Source: Polymyxa betae A26-41
Lineage: Eukaryota; Protista; Endomyxa: Phytomyxea
Length of the DNA: 64,000 bases
Direction of reading: 5' to 3'
Assembly: GCA_003693705.1 (NCBI GenBank)
Contig: RBZT01000286.1
Location: 169,461-233,460, forward strand
Shown: piece after piece, positions 63,125-64,000 of the stretch
How the letters are laid out: every line of letters begins with the position of its first letter
Position numbering within the stretch: position 1 is the stretch's first letter
Position numbers and translations under genes: made by a program
Notes under the pieces: model-generated
The model's database searches: none
Told to the model about the DNA's origin: nothing
The model's input: only the letters and a program-made list of their open reading frames with translations

Positions 63125-63766
63125 TTAAAGCAAAGTCCACTTCTTAATACTCTCTAGGACCATGTCTGCCAAAGGGTGGCGAGACAACTTTAAACTCTTA
63201 TGATACTTCTGGACTAAGACAGGAACATCTTTCCAGAGATTCTGTAAGGGCTCCCAAGTACTCTCTGTTTGGGAAAATCCCTTCCAATCTACAAGTATCT
63301 CTATCTGATGACTCACTGAGTCAAGTCGGCAATCTCTAAATTGCTCAACTTCATAGCTTGCATTATCATAAGCAAATTGGTCCTTAATCTCTTCAGTAAT
63401 ATTTAATTTGTCATCCGCATAGTATCTCATTCGGTCCCCGTGAATAACCTTCTTGGCGCCATCTATTATATTTTCAACTTCGAAGATATAATTATTCTTT
63501 ACGTCAGTAATACGGAATGGACCCTTCCGCAGCAAGAACAATTTCCTGCCGGGTCTTCCTACAAGATCAGGATCCCCAACCAAGACAAAGTCCCCAACTA
63601 TAACATTAGGCTCTCTTCTGAAAAATCGAGGTTGAGGGCGATTCTTTCGACGCTGATCCTCTAAAGTAATTACTAATCGTCGATGCATCTGTGTTAACGA
63701 ATCTTGTAATTGCTTAACTTCCTGTAGAAGCTTATCTAGCGGAATTCTCTCATATGTCATGCCCAT
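63125..63766 (-). mobile_element. Ty3/gypsy chromovirus pol C-terminus (integrase GPY/F region plus chromodomain)
   Basis: VGDFVLV..KL..KGPFRI..IHGDRMRYY; chromodomain YEVEQF..ILVDWKGFSQTESTWEPLQNL. Confidence 0.88.
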
Positions 63767-64000
63767 TGAGCATGACAGTACTCGCAGCCGCCCAGCCGAC
63801 CACCAGGCAGTCGTACTGGCCCTTCCTGAGGGGCTGCGCAGAGGGCTGCGCCCCTGCTGACGATTCCTATAGGGGAAGAGCCCTAACTGTCACGGAGTGC
63901 GCGGGTCCCCTCGTCTCCCTACTATGAATGGCGAGGAGCGGCCTCCACGCAACCATTCCGATCAACTCCAAAATTCATACGTTTCTCATCTCGTCTCCGA

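Noticed and set aside
63857-63892. CTGACGA plus hairpin resembling a hammerhead ribozyme core
   Set aside because: It is followed by GAAG rather than GAAA, and I could not form stems I and III around a UH cleavage site.
1-64000. tRNA, rRNA or snoRNA genes
   Set aside because: None recognised by eye. tRNAscan-SE and Infernal would be needed to exclude them, especially in 25000-25650 and 56900-57400.

Overview
This is a eukaryotic, very gene-dense window with about 28 protein-coding genes and short (mostly about 45-60 nt) GT-AG introns, so the ORF track shows only exon fragments. Gene models were spliced by hand. Ciliary genes (TMEM231, STPG1-like) occur together with glucan/chitin wall enzymes (GH16, GH17, GH18), which suggests a zoosporic walled protist or fungus-like organism such as a plasmodiophorid (inference only). 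Housekeeping genes are EAPP, GPATCH1, Tem1/Spg1, Nup96, TRM7, RPT1, UTP21, CWF19L1, SMARCD, PP2C, THOC5, Gyp1/TBC1D22, AP5B1-like, NAA15 and NOP14. Four genes stand out: (1) a single spliced gene joining UBL, C2, RRM, PH, RING-like and IBR domains to a MYCBP2-type RING-Cys-relay E3 module with both relay cysteines intact; (2) a CH-MABP-HUS-Sec7-PH-FYVE protein whose glutamate finger is altered; (3) an intron-containing M48 peptidase that looks bacterial-type; (4) an LtaS/MdoB-like membrane phosphotransferase with all catalytic residues. The last 4 kb is a transposon nest: two head-to-head PIF/Harbinger relics, a 462-bp hAT MITE with an 8-bp TSD, and a chromovirus LTR plus integrase end. All family assignments come from recalled motifs; no database search was run.
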